DNA of 64,000 bases from NCBI GenBank assembly GCA_043228905.1, contig JBHGNT010000009.1:434001-498000 (forward strand), written 5' to 3'. The DNA is from Azolla caroliniana (taxonomy: Eukaryota; Plantae; Polypodiophyta). Every line of letters begins with the position of its first letter. Position 1 is the stretch's first letter. Below, piece by piece: positions 38,801 through 52,299 of this stretch. Both the position numbers and the translations under genes were made by a program. Below the pieces are notes generated by a model. That model searched no databases and was not told the origin of the DNA. It saw nothing but the letters and a program-made list of their open reading frames with translations.

Positions 38801-41800
38801 GAATGGGTTGATCAGGCTGGTAACACGCTGTATACTTGAGGCCAGGCCACATAACATTGTGTAAAGAGCAATATTGGGCACGTCAAGAGAACTTCTGGCA
38901 TTAATGGCAGTTTGGGGAAGGGCTAGTAGCATATTTTGATTTGTGGTGAAATTGTATCCTGAGACCGAAACCAACTTATTTTCCGAGTCCTGCCATTCAC
39001 TGCCAATAGAGCTGTCAGCTCGTGTTGTATATCTGCCGACATTGCAGCATTAGCCTAGAGACACCAAGAGTAAAGAGAGATTGCAATATATGTGCACATA
39101 TATTCCTTAGAGCCTGTTCACAGAAATGGAATGCGCCTCTTCAATATATGGTTACATAGTTGCTGCATGCATCAGGTGAAAAAATACGTAAGAGGCTTTA
39201 TAATTTAGCCTTTACTCAGTGTAATGAGGCTATAAAGGTAACATAGCGTATTCAACCCTGCCTTCAGGGGTTCTCTAATGCTTAAATTGATATCCTTTGT
39301 TCTTCATGAAAAAAAGTTGCTTTGATATGATTCAAGTGGAGGATATATATCTTCTTATTGTCTGCATTTTGCCTTCATAAGAAAGAAAGAAACAAACAGA
39401 AAGTAGACATACAAACAGATTCAGGTGAAGGTCCAGTGAAATTAGGTAGTCAACAAGGAGCGTCTCTTCTCGATGCATGCATTTGATGCCTTGTGCTTGT
39501 TCGATACTTTTCATTTAGTTGGAGGAATGCTTTCTGAATACAACAGTTACGTCCAGATCCTTCTTGTCGACATTCTGCATAATGGACTTGTATGTGAAGA
39601 CTCCATAGCATGGAACTAGCACTAACAAACCTTAGGAAACCATTATTATCCTCGTTTGGTAAGGGATCCATCACCTGCAAACAGGTAATTTTGCATGTGG
39701 AGTTAAATGGCACTATGACGAAGTTTAACAAGTGGATCTGGTTGTCTTTGTGTTGATCAGACATGGCAAACAATTATCTCCATAATTTGCTAATGGGGTG
39801 GCCCATGTGCCTTATATCCTTGTACTTGTGGTTCCCTTTGTCTTTGGCATTCCTCTGCTTGCGCAATGGAGACTCCCTTGCATGCTGTTAGTGAAGCTAA
39901 AGAGATGTGGAAGAAATCAGTGATGTGCTATTGCCTTATGTAAGGGTTGATTCCCTATGCTTTTGAAGTTCGAGTTGCCACTTTCCAACACATACATGTA
40001 TGTATAATTATACATCAATACAGTAGAGTAGGACACAGAACTAGGTCCATTAGCAGGCTGCATGGCCATTTTGTTGTGCATGGTTGTTATGGTTCTGCCA
40101 TCATATTTGCAAGAGATAAGTGTTCCCACCTGGGAATTGAAAGGCTGTTTCCGATGGCCAAAAATGAACAATTTTGAAATTGGATTTCCCTGATTCCTGG
40201 CGTTGCTCAAAACGTTTTCTGATGATTTTAACTTGATTCTATGATGATTTCCAGTATGTATATCCAGCACATCTAGACTTCACAGACATTTTTTACCAAA
40301 ATATCTGATTCTATTATGAACTCCTCAGCCTACAATCCAGCATTTGCCCGTTGCATCTATTGCCTCAAATATAGGTAGTTTGTATTATCTTCTTCATTTT
40401 GTATGGATTATCAGGTTCAATATATTACTGTGTTGAATGAGAGTCTTGGGTTAAATAGGATATAATTTGAGTAGCTTTATTTTAATGCTTTTATGTAGCA
40501 TAGGTAACCCATGTAAATAATATTATTTGTATATATAGCCCTAAAGAAGTCTTCGCTTCACATTATTGGAAACACGGAAATGCATCTCTATGTTTCTCTT
40601 TCCAACTGTATTGGGAAATATGTTGGACATTAACCTAGGGTTAATTGCTACAAATAGAGTAGATTTCTTTTTCTTTTACCTTGCCCATTCAATGAGTATT
40701 GATTCTGTATGAGATGCACTGCTAAGGAACAAGAATGTTGCTTTTTCTGTGGTACGGGATGTAGGACGTATGGGATGTTGCTTTTTCTGTGGTTAGTATC
40801 ATTAGGTAGAAATTTCGTTTTCCAGAAGAGAGTATCTTACAAGGTGCCTGCAGTCATAACATAATGAATGGGATTCATCAATGCTGAGTGTGTTTGAAAA
40901 TGCTATATCTCAAATGGTGACTGTGGCATTGTAGTATTTGCCTTTACTCCCATGCTTGTGCACATTGAGAATGTCACTTTGATATATCCTCTGGAGAAAT
41001 TCATGCATCTTGTGGTTCATATTTGCAGGTTCGTTTAATCAATGACAAAATAACTGGAAAACCAAGGGGTTATGCCTTTGTCGAGTATCAGCATACTCGA
41101 GACATGAAGAGTAAACATTTGATAACTGCGCTATCTCTCATCATTTTTTTGATTTTGAAAGGACCATACTTTTCTCAATGTTTGTTCATGCAGATGCTTA
41201 CAAACAAGCAGATGGGAGGAAAGTTGACAACCGGAGAGTTCTTGTAGATGTGGAGAGAGGACGCACTGTGCCTAATTGGCGACCAAGAAGGCTTGGTGGT
41301 GGTTTGGGATCTACTCGAGTTGGAGGTGATGAGGTGAACCAAAAGTGTTCTGGAAGGTATAGTTTGTATTGTGTAGGAGGTTATAACCAACTAGGTTCAT
41401 AAGTAAATAGCTGCAACATTGTGCTAAAAAATGACATTCTTAGCAGGGAACCGCAAGTTGCAGGATCACAAGCTAGGAGTGAAGAGCCAAAACCACGTGA
41501 TCTAGATAGAGGGAATGATGAAAGGTACCACGGGCATTGTTTTTTTTGCATTAATATGCAACATTTTGAATACTCACTTTCATGATTAGTGTTCAAGTAT
41601 CAGAGACTCTGAATGAAAGTTAGAGCATGCTTGCATGTGACTGCGTGTTGTTCCAGATCTAAATTCATTGTCTTGTAAATTCAGAGATCTGGAAAGACGG
41701 GATCGTGACCGAGACCGTGATCGAAGTGAACGCGGTGATCGAGATAAGGATCGTGATAGAGATCATGATAGGCAAAGAGATAGAGATCGTGATCATGGTC

Positions 41801-42092
41801 GCGACCGCGACCGTGAGCGTAGAAGTGAAAGGGGTAGAGAGCGCGAGCGCGAGCGCGATCGGGATCGGGATCGGGATGATAGGCATCATGATCGTGATCG
41901 TGGTGATAGGGACCGAAAGAAAGAGGAATCAGATAAGAGTTCTCATTCTCATGAACGTCACCAAGAGAGGTAGGCATATTTTGTTTTCTCTTCCATCCTT
42001 GGTCTTTTTCTCCTGTCCTTATTGAACTCTACAGTGTGTCTTCTGACAGAGAGAAACGGAGCCATGATGCAATGGATGAGATGGTGGTGTAA
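35811..42092 (+). CDS. U1-70K: U1 small nuclear ribonucleoprotein 70 kDa, 11 exons, ~388 aa (3' end uncertain)
   Basis: Exons 35811-35927, 36412-36526, 37053-37132, 37265-37340, 37463-37527, 37691-37753, 41029-41110, 41194-41356, 41447-41524, 41685-41969 and 42050-42092 (1167 nt). Motifs [57 protein letters not shown]1 [35 protein letters not shown], and an RD/RE-rich tail. Confidence 0.95.
37883..38222. repeat. Internal duplications in U1-70K intron 6
   Basis: TTTATGCTTTCTATTCCAATTTCTA.CAGCATATGCCTTA at 37932 and 38037; GGCATCATG.AGGTGAA.CTATGTAATAAATTAGAGAAAGGT at 37883 and 38147. Confidence 0.8.
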
Positions 42093-44524
42093 GTTATGTT
42101 CCGTCTTTTAACTAGTCCTTATTAACCTTTGTCTAATTCCTACCCTTACACAATACATGAATTCTTCTGGCAACGATGAAAGTCTATGGTAAAATCTTTG
42201 TTTGCTTTAGAGCTTTAGAAAGATCATTTGTAAGTAAACAAAATTTTCACTAGCGAGGAATTATGTTGTAACATTCAGTACCTGACAATGGTGGCCAGTG
42301 GTGGTGTTTGCAGAAAGGTATGGTTATGGATTGCTTTCACTTGGAAAGCAATATAAGCTACATTCTGAAGTGTGTTTTATGGTGAGAATCTGGATGAAAG
42401 TGAACATTACGGCTGAAGATGGGTCTTTAAATTAGTCTAAATCTTAACATTGCGTTTTAAAGCAATTGAAATCATTAAGTCAATTGCAGTATTCACTATA
42501 AACAAAGTACAATTTGATTAAATACGGCATGATAGGGCAAGTATAATCAGGTTTAGTTTTTAAATGAAGTTTTACTAAGGCCTGTTTTATATTACTTTCC
42601 ATTGAATCTGTTCAATGTTGCTTTCATGGTAAGAATCTACATTCGATAGTGAATATCTTTGCTTTTTGTTCAAAGTCTTGATCTCACAGTGGTAACCCAA
42701 GTATAATCAGATTAAATGCAATGTCACAAGGCAAGTATAATCAGGTCAAATGTGACCAATATAATGAGGTTAAATAGTGTTTTAAGGCAAAGATGATGAG
42801 GTCAGCATTATAAGGCAAGTATGACAACGTTGAATTTATACAATCTATCTTGTCCAAGTAATTTTGCAGGTTTATATTTTAAAATGCAGGGCTGCAAGGC
42901 AACTTTGCAACTATAATCAGCTTGATGTAATAAGTGAGTCAAGGAAGTATTTATGATGCTATGATAATATATGGTTTTGTACTCCTTTCTTACTTCAGTG
43001 TTGGTGTAGTATATGGGCGATTGATGTAGTAAATTAAAATTATGTTATCTTATTTCATGGGCTTGAGTCAAAAGGAGAATTAACTCTAAAATGAAGGAAA
43101 GGTAATATATGTGGGTTTTATGGAACATGTGAAGTTGCAAATTCATATTAAACATATAGCATGCCTTTCATAGCAACCAATTGTGTGGGTTCAATGGCAG
43201 GTGAAGTTGGCATCTTTGCTAGATTGATATAAAAAGAAACAAACTAAGCTATTGGAAAATGGTTAATGGTCAACACTGGCTTGTTGGGGAATGTTAGTTT
43301 AATTCAACACTGACCGCTTATATGATCTTATGTTTCTTCAAAGGTAAGATAATCATAATAAAATGGGCTTCATAATGAATATTTGGAATTTTGTGAATTA
43401 AAATTCAACTAGTATAAGCAGTCAAAAAATCAGGTAATTTTTTGCATGAAAGGCGTTGTGCTTAAAAGAGACACAGATGCCCAATGAAGTTTAAAAACAT
43501 TTCTATATTTTCCATGTGTGATGATTGTGGCTTCTTACATCTCAGTGGTATTATTCTACACCAAAGCTTCAAAAGAACGGTCCATTCCTTTTTCATTTAT
43601 GTCATTGTCAAAATCTGTGTATAATACCTTTGATTTGTGTATGAACCCTCATGATACATTTCTATTTCCAGGGAAATTTTGTAATGGCTCTTCCTTCCTG
43701 TATTATGCTACTATTTGACATGACCACCCCAAGTCTAAACTTCTGGTAATTAGGTAAAATGGTTTTTTTGTTTTTATTATTAACAATTGCCTTTGGCATT
43801 ATAGAGCATTTCTTAAGTATTTGTCATACACTTTTGACAAGCTTGAGATTAGTATTGGAATTTGGTGCACAATAGACAAGTGTCCTTGTAAATAAAAGAG
43901 GACGAGATGAAAATTAAGAATATCATGTCTTGTGACTATCCTAAGTTGAACAGGCCTAAACTACTGTTGAAATCACTTTTGTTCCTTTTGATAATACTTT
44001 TTTGTTCACTTTCTCATTCGTCAAATTAAAGCTCTCCTTTCTCTTCCTATCATTGAACTCTAATTTAACCTTAATGGTCATGGCTTTGGGCATAAGACTT
44101 GTATCTTAATTATTTAAGCATTTGTATTGGAATGAACGATAATTGATTGAAGCTCGGTAATTTTACATTTAGGGCATAAGTCTTGTATCTTAATTCTTTA
44201 AATGTTTGTATTAGAATGAATTATAATTGATTGAAGCATGGTTTTTGACCCTCGTGACTTTTGTACATTTATATGCTGAACTGAAGTTGGATTTGAAGTT
44301 GACCGTATTGATCCACTATTTTACTTAGTTGTCTTTTAATATAAAATCTATCAACAAACTAACAATGTTAAGCTTGTTATATTAACCTACAAATATGACA
44401 TGGTTCATCAACACAAAAGTTTGTCTATAGAACATGGTTTACAACAAAATAATAAATGTTCTTACATGAGTTAAAGGTCAAAACCATTTGTGCTAGTTAC
44501 TAACGATATGTTAAAGGTCAAAAC

Positions 44525-44801
44525 CATAGTACGTAAAATTCGTGTTCGTCTAGCAAAACATTTGTTTTCCTACATTACTAACGATACGTTAAAGGTTAAA
44601 ACCATAGTATGTAAAATTCGTGTTTGTCTAGCATAACATTTATTGGAAAACGAATGTGAATGTTATTCAAACATTCTTGTGTTTTTTTTTCCTTTTTTAG
44701 GTTTATTTACCTCATAATAAATAGTTAATCCAAAAGTATGGTATTTACCATTCTTCAAGGGTGTTTACCAATGAATGCATGTATGGTTAAGCGCAACCAT
44801 G
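44525..44801. mobile_element. Degenerate copy of the CATAGTA-ended hAT MITE family, left end duplicated
   Basis: CATAGTA.GTAAAATTCGTGTT.GTCTAG at 44525 and 44603, then TACCTCATAATAAATAGTTAATCCAAAAGTATG, as in the insertion at 57951-58238. Confidence 0.75.
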
Positions 44802-45150
44802 ACGACGGTTCCTTTCCATCAGGAACATTACTAGTTCGTCTGGGCTTTCATTTAGGGACGCATCGACTCCATGGTGGGTAACAGAGCCTTAATTTTGGGC
44901 CTTGTGAGCATAGGCCACGCTCTGATTGCCGAGTTGCTCACACTCTCGTCTCGTATCCTTACTGGATTTCTGGATCCTCTCTATGCTTCCCTCTTCTTCC
45001 ATTTCATGTAAGCTTCCACTCATCCTGGCTTTTCGAGAAAACATATCTATACACGGATCATGAAAAAAAGGTTCCATTTTGTTAAAGCATGCTTTTGATG
45101 GTACGTGGTCACTCTCATGATTTATAAGCACGTTTTTGTAGTAATCTACC

Positions 45151-45519
45151 GAATAGTGCAATACTTGAAGAACTCTCTAGTGTGTTGACGCCCAAGTTCG
45201 ATCATTCCAGATGGGTGGATTTGCTGTAACCAAGTTTCGTTGTTTGTTGTGCATTTTCGTCTACTGTGCGTGAAACGAAGAAGAAAATATTTCAAAGGTT
45301 GTGGCCTTGAGTCTGGGTGTTACCTTAGTGATCTAGGGAAATAGCAAACTGACTGTATACACTTCTTGCATAGTGAAATTGTTTCAAAGTCTAAGAACTC
45401 CCATGGTTTTTCCTGATTAGGGTTTTCCACATTTAAACCTGTGTGTCCTTGTGTTCCTGTTTTCTTGTTATCTGCATTCTTGCTTGCTTGTCGGCTGAGT
45501 CCGAGCCCATATTTCAACA
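45151..45519 (+). repeat. Inverted distal half of the element 3 3' LTR
   Basis: Reverse complement of ~51635-51992; ends ATTTCAACA and is followed by CCAAC (TSD). Confidence 0.85.
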
Positions 45520-45949
45520 CCAACTAGGTGTGTATGACACATTGAACATACTGGAGGAATATGGTATATTACATCCTACAGAGCAATGATAGAATACTTA
45601 AATCTCAGAGTGAATACTCTCTGTGCAAAACCCAGTGACAATGTCAAAGACCCTCACCAACTAGGTGTGTATGATACATTGATCATCGTGGAGGAATATG
45701 ATATATTACATCCTACAGAGCAATGATGGAATGTGCAAAGAGATCCCCATTGATTCTATTTACTCCATGGATCCATCAATTTGACAGAAGATCATTGTCT
45801 CTCAAGAGCAAGCATGCCATCATATTCAAAACTCAACAAAGTATTGATGGAACACAGAATCTCGCAGGGTTAACCACAATCATCACCTAATAGAATATCC
45901 ATAAATGCTGCAAGGGGTGGATTGGGACACTATTTTTTGGTATGTAGAT

Positions 45950-46546
45950 ATACATTGGGAATAATCCCTGAGCATAGATAGACATATTCGCCTCTAGGAC
46001 ATGCGCAGAGGAAACATTAGATATTTTCAAACTATTAAAAACGGGTCCCCCCGGACATAGGAAATCATGCGCATGGTATCCACCAAATCTTTGTAAGAAC
46101 TTCCTCACGTAGGCAACCATGGATTTTCAATTTGATCCATGATTATTCAAACAACATCCTCTAGTCCTATCTCCATCATAACCCAAATATGTTCCCAAAA
46201 CTCTATGTCCCCGGAACCAATGCACCATGTAAAGTATGCAATGAAGGCATGGCCGAGGATGAATGTCACTTGCTCTTCACATGCTCGACATATAATGCAA
46301 TTTGTTTAAGATATGATGACATATTAAGAGGGAGTGATAACTTAAGTGCCATACTTAAGACACCGCCTAGAAGGTTACAGTCATATGTGCATGCCTTATT
46401 CACGCATAAAGACATTGTGCTTCATTGTATGAATACCCCTTTTTAGGAAGGAGACACATATCAAGAACACATGTACACTCTGGTCCCATAGGTCAAAATT
46501 GGCCTCTTTATGGAGGATAAAAATTCTAATTCTAATTCTAGTTCTA
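45950..46546 (+). mobile_element. 5'-truncated non-LTR retrotransposon (LINE) 3' fragment
   Basis: ORF 46189-46446 carries a C-terminal ORF2 CCHC knuckle (CKVCNEGMAEDECHLLFTC), followed by a short 3' UTR and an (ATTCTA)n tail at 46523-46546. The 5' boundary is approximate. Confidence 0.7.
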
Positions 46547-47335
46547 AGGAATTAACATTGTGTCCTTGTACCTTTTATGGGCGTAGGCTTATGAACCAAT
46601 TCTAACAAATAATTTTGATGGCTGAGACAAACCCATAAGGATCTGGCATATATAGAAACACCCACGGTGATCTCGCATCATAAGAAGTTCAGCTATATAA
46701 AGAGGGTTACTCACCCCTTTTAATATGGCAACTCAACAACGTTATAGAGACTGTGCTAGTAAGGAAAGCCTCTCGTATTTCAAATCCGTTTTTGGCGTAC
46801 GGCCAAAGCATAATACAAGACCATATTCAGCAGAATGGGATGCCAATGTGGTTTTGTATTCATCTCTTATCCTTCCCTTGAATGTGGTTGGTGTGGGTAA
46901 AAACATTTAATCTATTGCTTTCCTTTCACTTTAATTAATTTCTTATCATTAGAATTGTTCACAACATACTGGATCCCTAAAATGTGTCACATGTGACTAA
47001 GCAAAATAATCATTATGAAATGGTTGTTTGGGATTCAAGCAGTAGTGTTGGGATGTAAACAAATTCTAATGACCTCATGGATGAGTATGAACATGGCCAC
47101 CTTCATTGAGAATAGATAACTACTTTTGCTTTCTATGTCTTCATAGTTGTGCTTATATTTTCATCCTCTCCAAAGTTTCCTCATTCCACTACAATAATGA
47201 TCGATCTCCAATTGGTTTGATTCTTTTATGCAAAAGTCTAAACTAAAATGTCATTCAATAGATGGGTTGTAGTATGGACATGTCTATATTTGATAAGACT
47301 TGTTTGAGGATGTGGCGATGAAGTAAAGTCGAGGG

Positions 47336-50300
47336 TCTCACTTTCTTGATCTCTTAGCCTTCTCTGAAAACTCTGTTCAGTCCGAAACATCACACACATC
47401 GTCTAGGGCATATACGTATATATATATATATATATATATACATGTTCACACATTAATGTGTACCATATAATCTACATATATGTCCCTAGCTAAATTGGCA
47501 CCTAGCTGGCTAGGATCCTTAGCCAGCTCCTAGTTGGCTCTCGGCCGACATTTGAGCTTAGTTGGTGCTCAGCCAACACATAGCCGGCTAGCCGGCCCTT
47601 TAGCCGAATCGGCTCCCATTCGTTTCGACTCCTCTCCCATAAGGAGGGACATCATTTCACAACAAACTCCCCCTTCACTCTTGTGTGGGAGAGTCGAGTG
47701 GATCTGTCCTCAGCCGGCAAGCACTAAGTTTGTCCATGGACAAAACTTTCGTCAACATATCCGATTCATTTTCATCAGTATGGATCTTTACTAGAGCAAA
47801 TTCATTTTCAGCCACCGTCTCTCATAACCAATGATACCTTGTCTGTATGTGTTTGGTCTGAGAGTGGTAGGCAACATTCTTTGCAAGGTGGATGGTAATT
47901 TGATTATCACAATGAAGTAGGAATGTGTCCTGCTTCATTCCTAGTTCAATGACGAAATCTCTCATGCAAATTATTTCCTTGCCGGCTTCAACAACAGTCA
48001 TATACTCAGCTTCTGTGGTTGACAAAGCCACAACCTTTAACAACCTAGATTGCCATGACATGTCTCCCCCTGCATAGGTTATTACATATCCAGAGGTAGA
48101 TTGGGTGGAGTCAAAATCACCTGACATGTCAGAATTTGTGAACCCTTCAAGCATGAGTTTCTCGGAGCCATACCTAAGGCAAACACTCGAGGTGCCTTTC
48201 AAGTATCTGAGCATCCATTTTATTGCAACCCAACCTTCCTTTCCAGGATTGCTCATAAACTGGATGACTATTCCGACAACATAGGAAATGGCCGGTCTAG
48301 TATAAACCACAACATACATCAGGCTTCCCATGGCAGAGGCATATAAAACCTTCCTCATCTCAACCTTACCCTTTTCATTCTTTGGACATTGACCTGCATT
48401 TAGCTTGCAATTTATCAACTGTGTCGATCCAACATGTTTTGCATTTTTCATGTTGAACCTTTGTCACATACTTTTCCTATGACATCCACAACATGTTCTT
48501 AGTCTTGTCCCGAACTATGTGCATCCCTAATATATGCTTTGCCGACCCAAATGTTTCATTGCAAAGGACTTACTCAATGCCTTTTTAAGACTTGCAATCT
48601 TCTTGGCATCTTGTTCGACAACAAGCATATCATTGACATACAATAGGAGAATTAGAAAATCTCCTCCATCATACCTCTTCGTAAAGACAGAGTGGTTGGC
48701 TTGTGTTTTGTGGAAGCTATGATTTTCCATGAAATACCATTGTAGAGGGGCTTGCTTCAACCCATACAACCTCTTCCTCAGTCGGCACACAGGTTCCTAC
48801 TTTCCCTTTTCCTGAAATCCTTCAAGCTATTGCATGTAGATCTCGTCTTCTAACTCACCATGCAAAAAGGCAGTCTTAACATCCAACGGTTCTATCTCCA
48901 GATTCATACTAGCGCAATGTTTAACTCAGTCTGAATGGATGTCACTTTAACTACTAGAGGAAGTATCTCATCAAAGTCTACACCCTTTTTCTGCTGAAAT
49001 CCTCTCACCACTACCCGAGCTTTATATTTGGGTGGATTTCCATTTTCTATAGGTTTCAGTTTGAAGACCCACTTATTTCTTAGTGCCTTCTTTCCCTTTG
49101 GCAACTCCATTAGCTCATAGGTGCGGTTCTCATGCAAGGAATCCATTTCATCTTGCATGACATTATACCACTGCTTGCCATGTCCATCCGACATTGCTTC
49201 TTCAAGGCATTCCGACTCACCTTCATCAGTCAATAGAACATATTATTTGGTTGGATACTAGCAGTGGGCTCTTCTTTGTCTCAATGGGTATCTTCTTCCT
49301 TTAGTATCCGGCTTTGGTTTTGCTCCTTCCACCGACTCTTTATCCAAAATGGATTCGGTTGCATCAACCGGTTGTTGGTTGCCCGCCAGTTGGTATTCAA
49401 CTGTTTTTGCTAATTCGGATTCAGCTTCATCAGTCAGTTACTGTCTACCAGCCGACTTGGTAAAGGTGGAGTCGGCAAGTGTCGAATCAGTGGTTGTAGC
49501 AGGCTTGGAGGACGACCATGGTTGTTTTTGTTCCAAGTCCTTAACAATGTTGTCCTCCATAAAGACTATATGCCAGCTTCTCATCACTTTTCTATCCACC
49601 AAATCCCACAATTTGTAGCCAAATTTGTCTTCACAACACCCCAAGAAAATACACAGCTTTGATTTGTTGTCAAGTTTTGATCTTTAATCCTTTGCCACAT
49701 GAACATAAGCCAAACATCCGAACACCCTCAGATGCAGATAAGACACATTTTTTCCTGTCCACACCCTCTGTGGGACATCACCATTTAGTGGCACTGAGGG
49801 AGACCTGTTTATAAGGTAAACAATTATCATCATTACCTCAGGCCGGAATGTCTTTGCCAACTTTGCATGTGACAACATGCTTCTTACTCTTTCCATGATT
49901 GTTTTGTTCATCCTTTTAGCCATTTCATTTAGCTCAGGAGTCTTGGGTATAGTGTATTCAATTTTTATGCCTTGGCTTCTGCAATACTCCTCAAACTGGC
50001 CTCACTACTCTCCCCCATTATCTGTCCCGACAACCTTTAGCTTTTGTTTGGACTTTCTTTCGGCTCTTGCTTGGAAATCTTTAAAGATCGACAACACTTG
50101 GTCTTTAGTCTTCTGGATGAAAGCCCACACCTTTTGGTTGTAGTCATCAATAAAAGATATAAAATATTGTGCGTTAGCATGTGACTTGGCATCCACGTAA
50201 CATACATCTGAGTGCAACAATTCCAAGGAGTTTTCCCTTCTCCTCAGAGGCCTAGGGTGGAAGGCAACCCAGTTTTGCTTGTAGCATTTGCATCCCTCTC

Positions 50301-52299
50301 TGGCTCATATGGCCAAGCCTTTTGTGCCACAAGTAACCAACTATGTCGGCTATTACATTTGCCTCTCCTTGGCATAGTTGTGCATACATTACATACAATG
50401 TGTTTTGCTTTTGGGCACGAGCCACAATCAAGGTTCCCCTATAGAATTTCCAGGTGCCCTTTTGAAAACCACCACTGTAGCCTTCATCATCTACCCACCC
50501 AACCAATATCAGATTCAACCTGATATCCGGAACATGGCGTACATCATGCAATACTATTCTACAACATGTAGATGTTAACAAACACACATTTCCAATGCCA
50601 ACAATTTTGCATGCACCATCATTTCCCATCTTTACACAATCGTAGTCTCCAGTTGTGTAAGATGTGAAGCACTCTCTCTTGGGAGTTAATTGAAACGGCG
50701 CACCTGAGTCAACTACCCAAGTACACTCATCATTTCTGAGGTTTACACAACTCGGTTCACTAATGAACAATAGCTCTTCCTCACTCGCAACTATGGCTGA
50801 GGTGTTCTTATTCTACGAAATCTTCTTTGGCTCAACACCATCTGCACTTCCTTTGTCCCTTTTATAATGCCTACAGTTCTTTAGGAAATGCCCTGGCTTC
50901 CTGTAGTAGAAGCACTTGAGCCTTCCTCTAGACTTCAGCCTTGCTTGGGACTTGTCCCAGTTTTGTAAACCTCTCTGCCTACCCTTCCTCTTCACGACCA
51001 CTTTTTGTGATTAGGGTCTTATGCTCAAAGCTGGATTCATTCACTTTTCGTCATGTGTCTTCATTGAGAAGACTCGACTCAAGCATATCAAGTCAACTGT
51101 TTTCCTTATGGTCCTGAGTTACCTAAGGTCATCACAAGTGTCTCCCAACTATCTGGGAGAGAGCCTAACAACAATAAGGCTAATGCCTTATATGCTAGAG
51201 GTATTTCTAGGGAGACAATATGGTTAATCAACCCTTGGATTGCATTCAGGTGCTCAACCATGCTAGAGCCATCTTAGTATCTCAACCTTGCGATTTTCCT
51301 AAATACGGAGACTCTAATTAAGGCTTTTTTAGTTTCAAACATGCTCCCTATTTTTTCCATAGAACATCTGCTTGGGTCTCATCATTGAAGTTGTTATATA
51401 GGCTCATGTCTATAAAACATCGTATGTATGCGATTGCTTTTAAATGCATGGCTTCCCAAGTCAATGCATCTATTTTGTCTAGTTTGTCATGGTCATTTTG
51501 TATTGGCAACCCCAGGTATTTGAACACTAACATGTCCCTCATCGTGGACTTCCACATTGAGTAGTTTGGGCTAGTCAACTTGAACATCCCACCAAGGGAT
51601 TTGTCCATATTTCAACACAACTCTAGTACTAGTTTGTTGAAATATGGGCTCGGACTCAACCAACGAGGAAGCAAGAATGCAAAAAACAAGAAAACAGAAA
51701 CACAAGGATACACAGATTTTAACATGGAAAACCTTAATTGGGAAAAACCACGGGAGTTCTCAAACTCCGAAACAATTTCACTATGCAACAAGCTTATACA
51801 GTCAGTTTGCTATTTCCCCTAGATCACTAAGGGAACTCCTAGACTCAAGGCCACAAACTTTGAAATATATTTTTCTTCATCTCACACACAGTAGACAGAA
51901 ACGCACAACGAACTACAAAGATCTTGGTTACAACAAAGCTGTCGATCTGGAATGATTGGACGCAAGTGAGGTGTGCAAGTATTGCACCATTCACTCTCAC
52001 TTTCTTGATCTCTCAGTGTTCTCGGAAAACTCTGGTCAGCTTGAAACATCACACACATATTCTAGGGCATTTATATATATATACATACATACATATATAT
52101 CGCAAGCCGAATCAACGCTTCGCCGATTTTCGGCACCTAGTCGGCTCCGAGGGCTCTCAAGTAATCAACCGGCTCTCAACTGGCATTTGAGCTTAGCCGG
52201 TTCTCAGCCAGCACACAACCGGCTAGCCAACCCTTTAGTTGAATCAACTCCCAACTGTTTCAACTTCTCTCCCATAAGGAGGGACATCATTTCACAACA
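47336..52299 (-). mobile_element. Decayed Ty1/copia element (element 3)
   Basis: 5' LTR 52299-51635 (TGTTGTGAAAT...TTTCAACA); degenerate PBS TAGTACTAGAG; gag ATG 51608; broken gag/PR (WVVDSGAP)/IN (GTDNGGE)/RT (LYGLKQAP, YVNDML)/RH (STTEAEY) pieces; PPT GAAGGGGGAG; residual 3' LTR 47664-47336. Confidence 0.93.
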
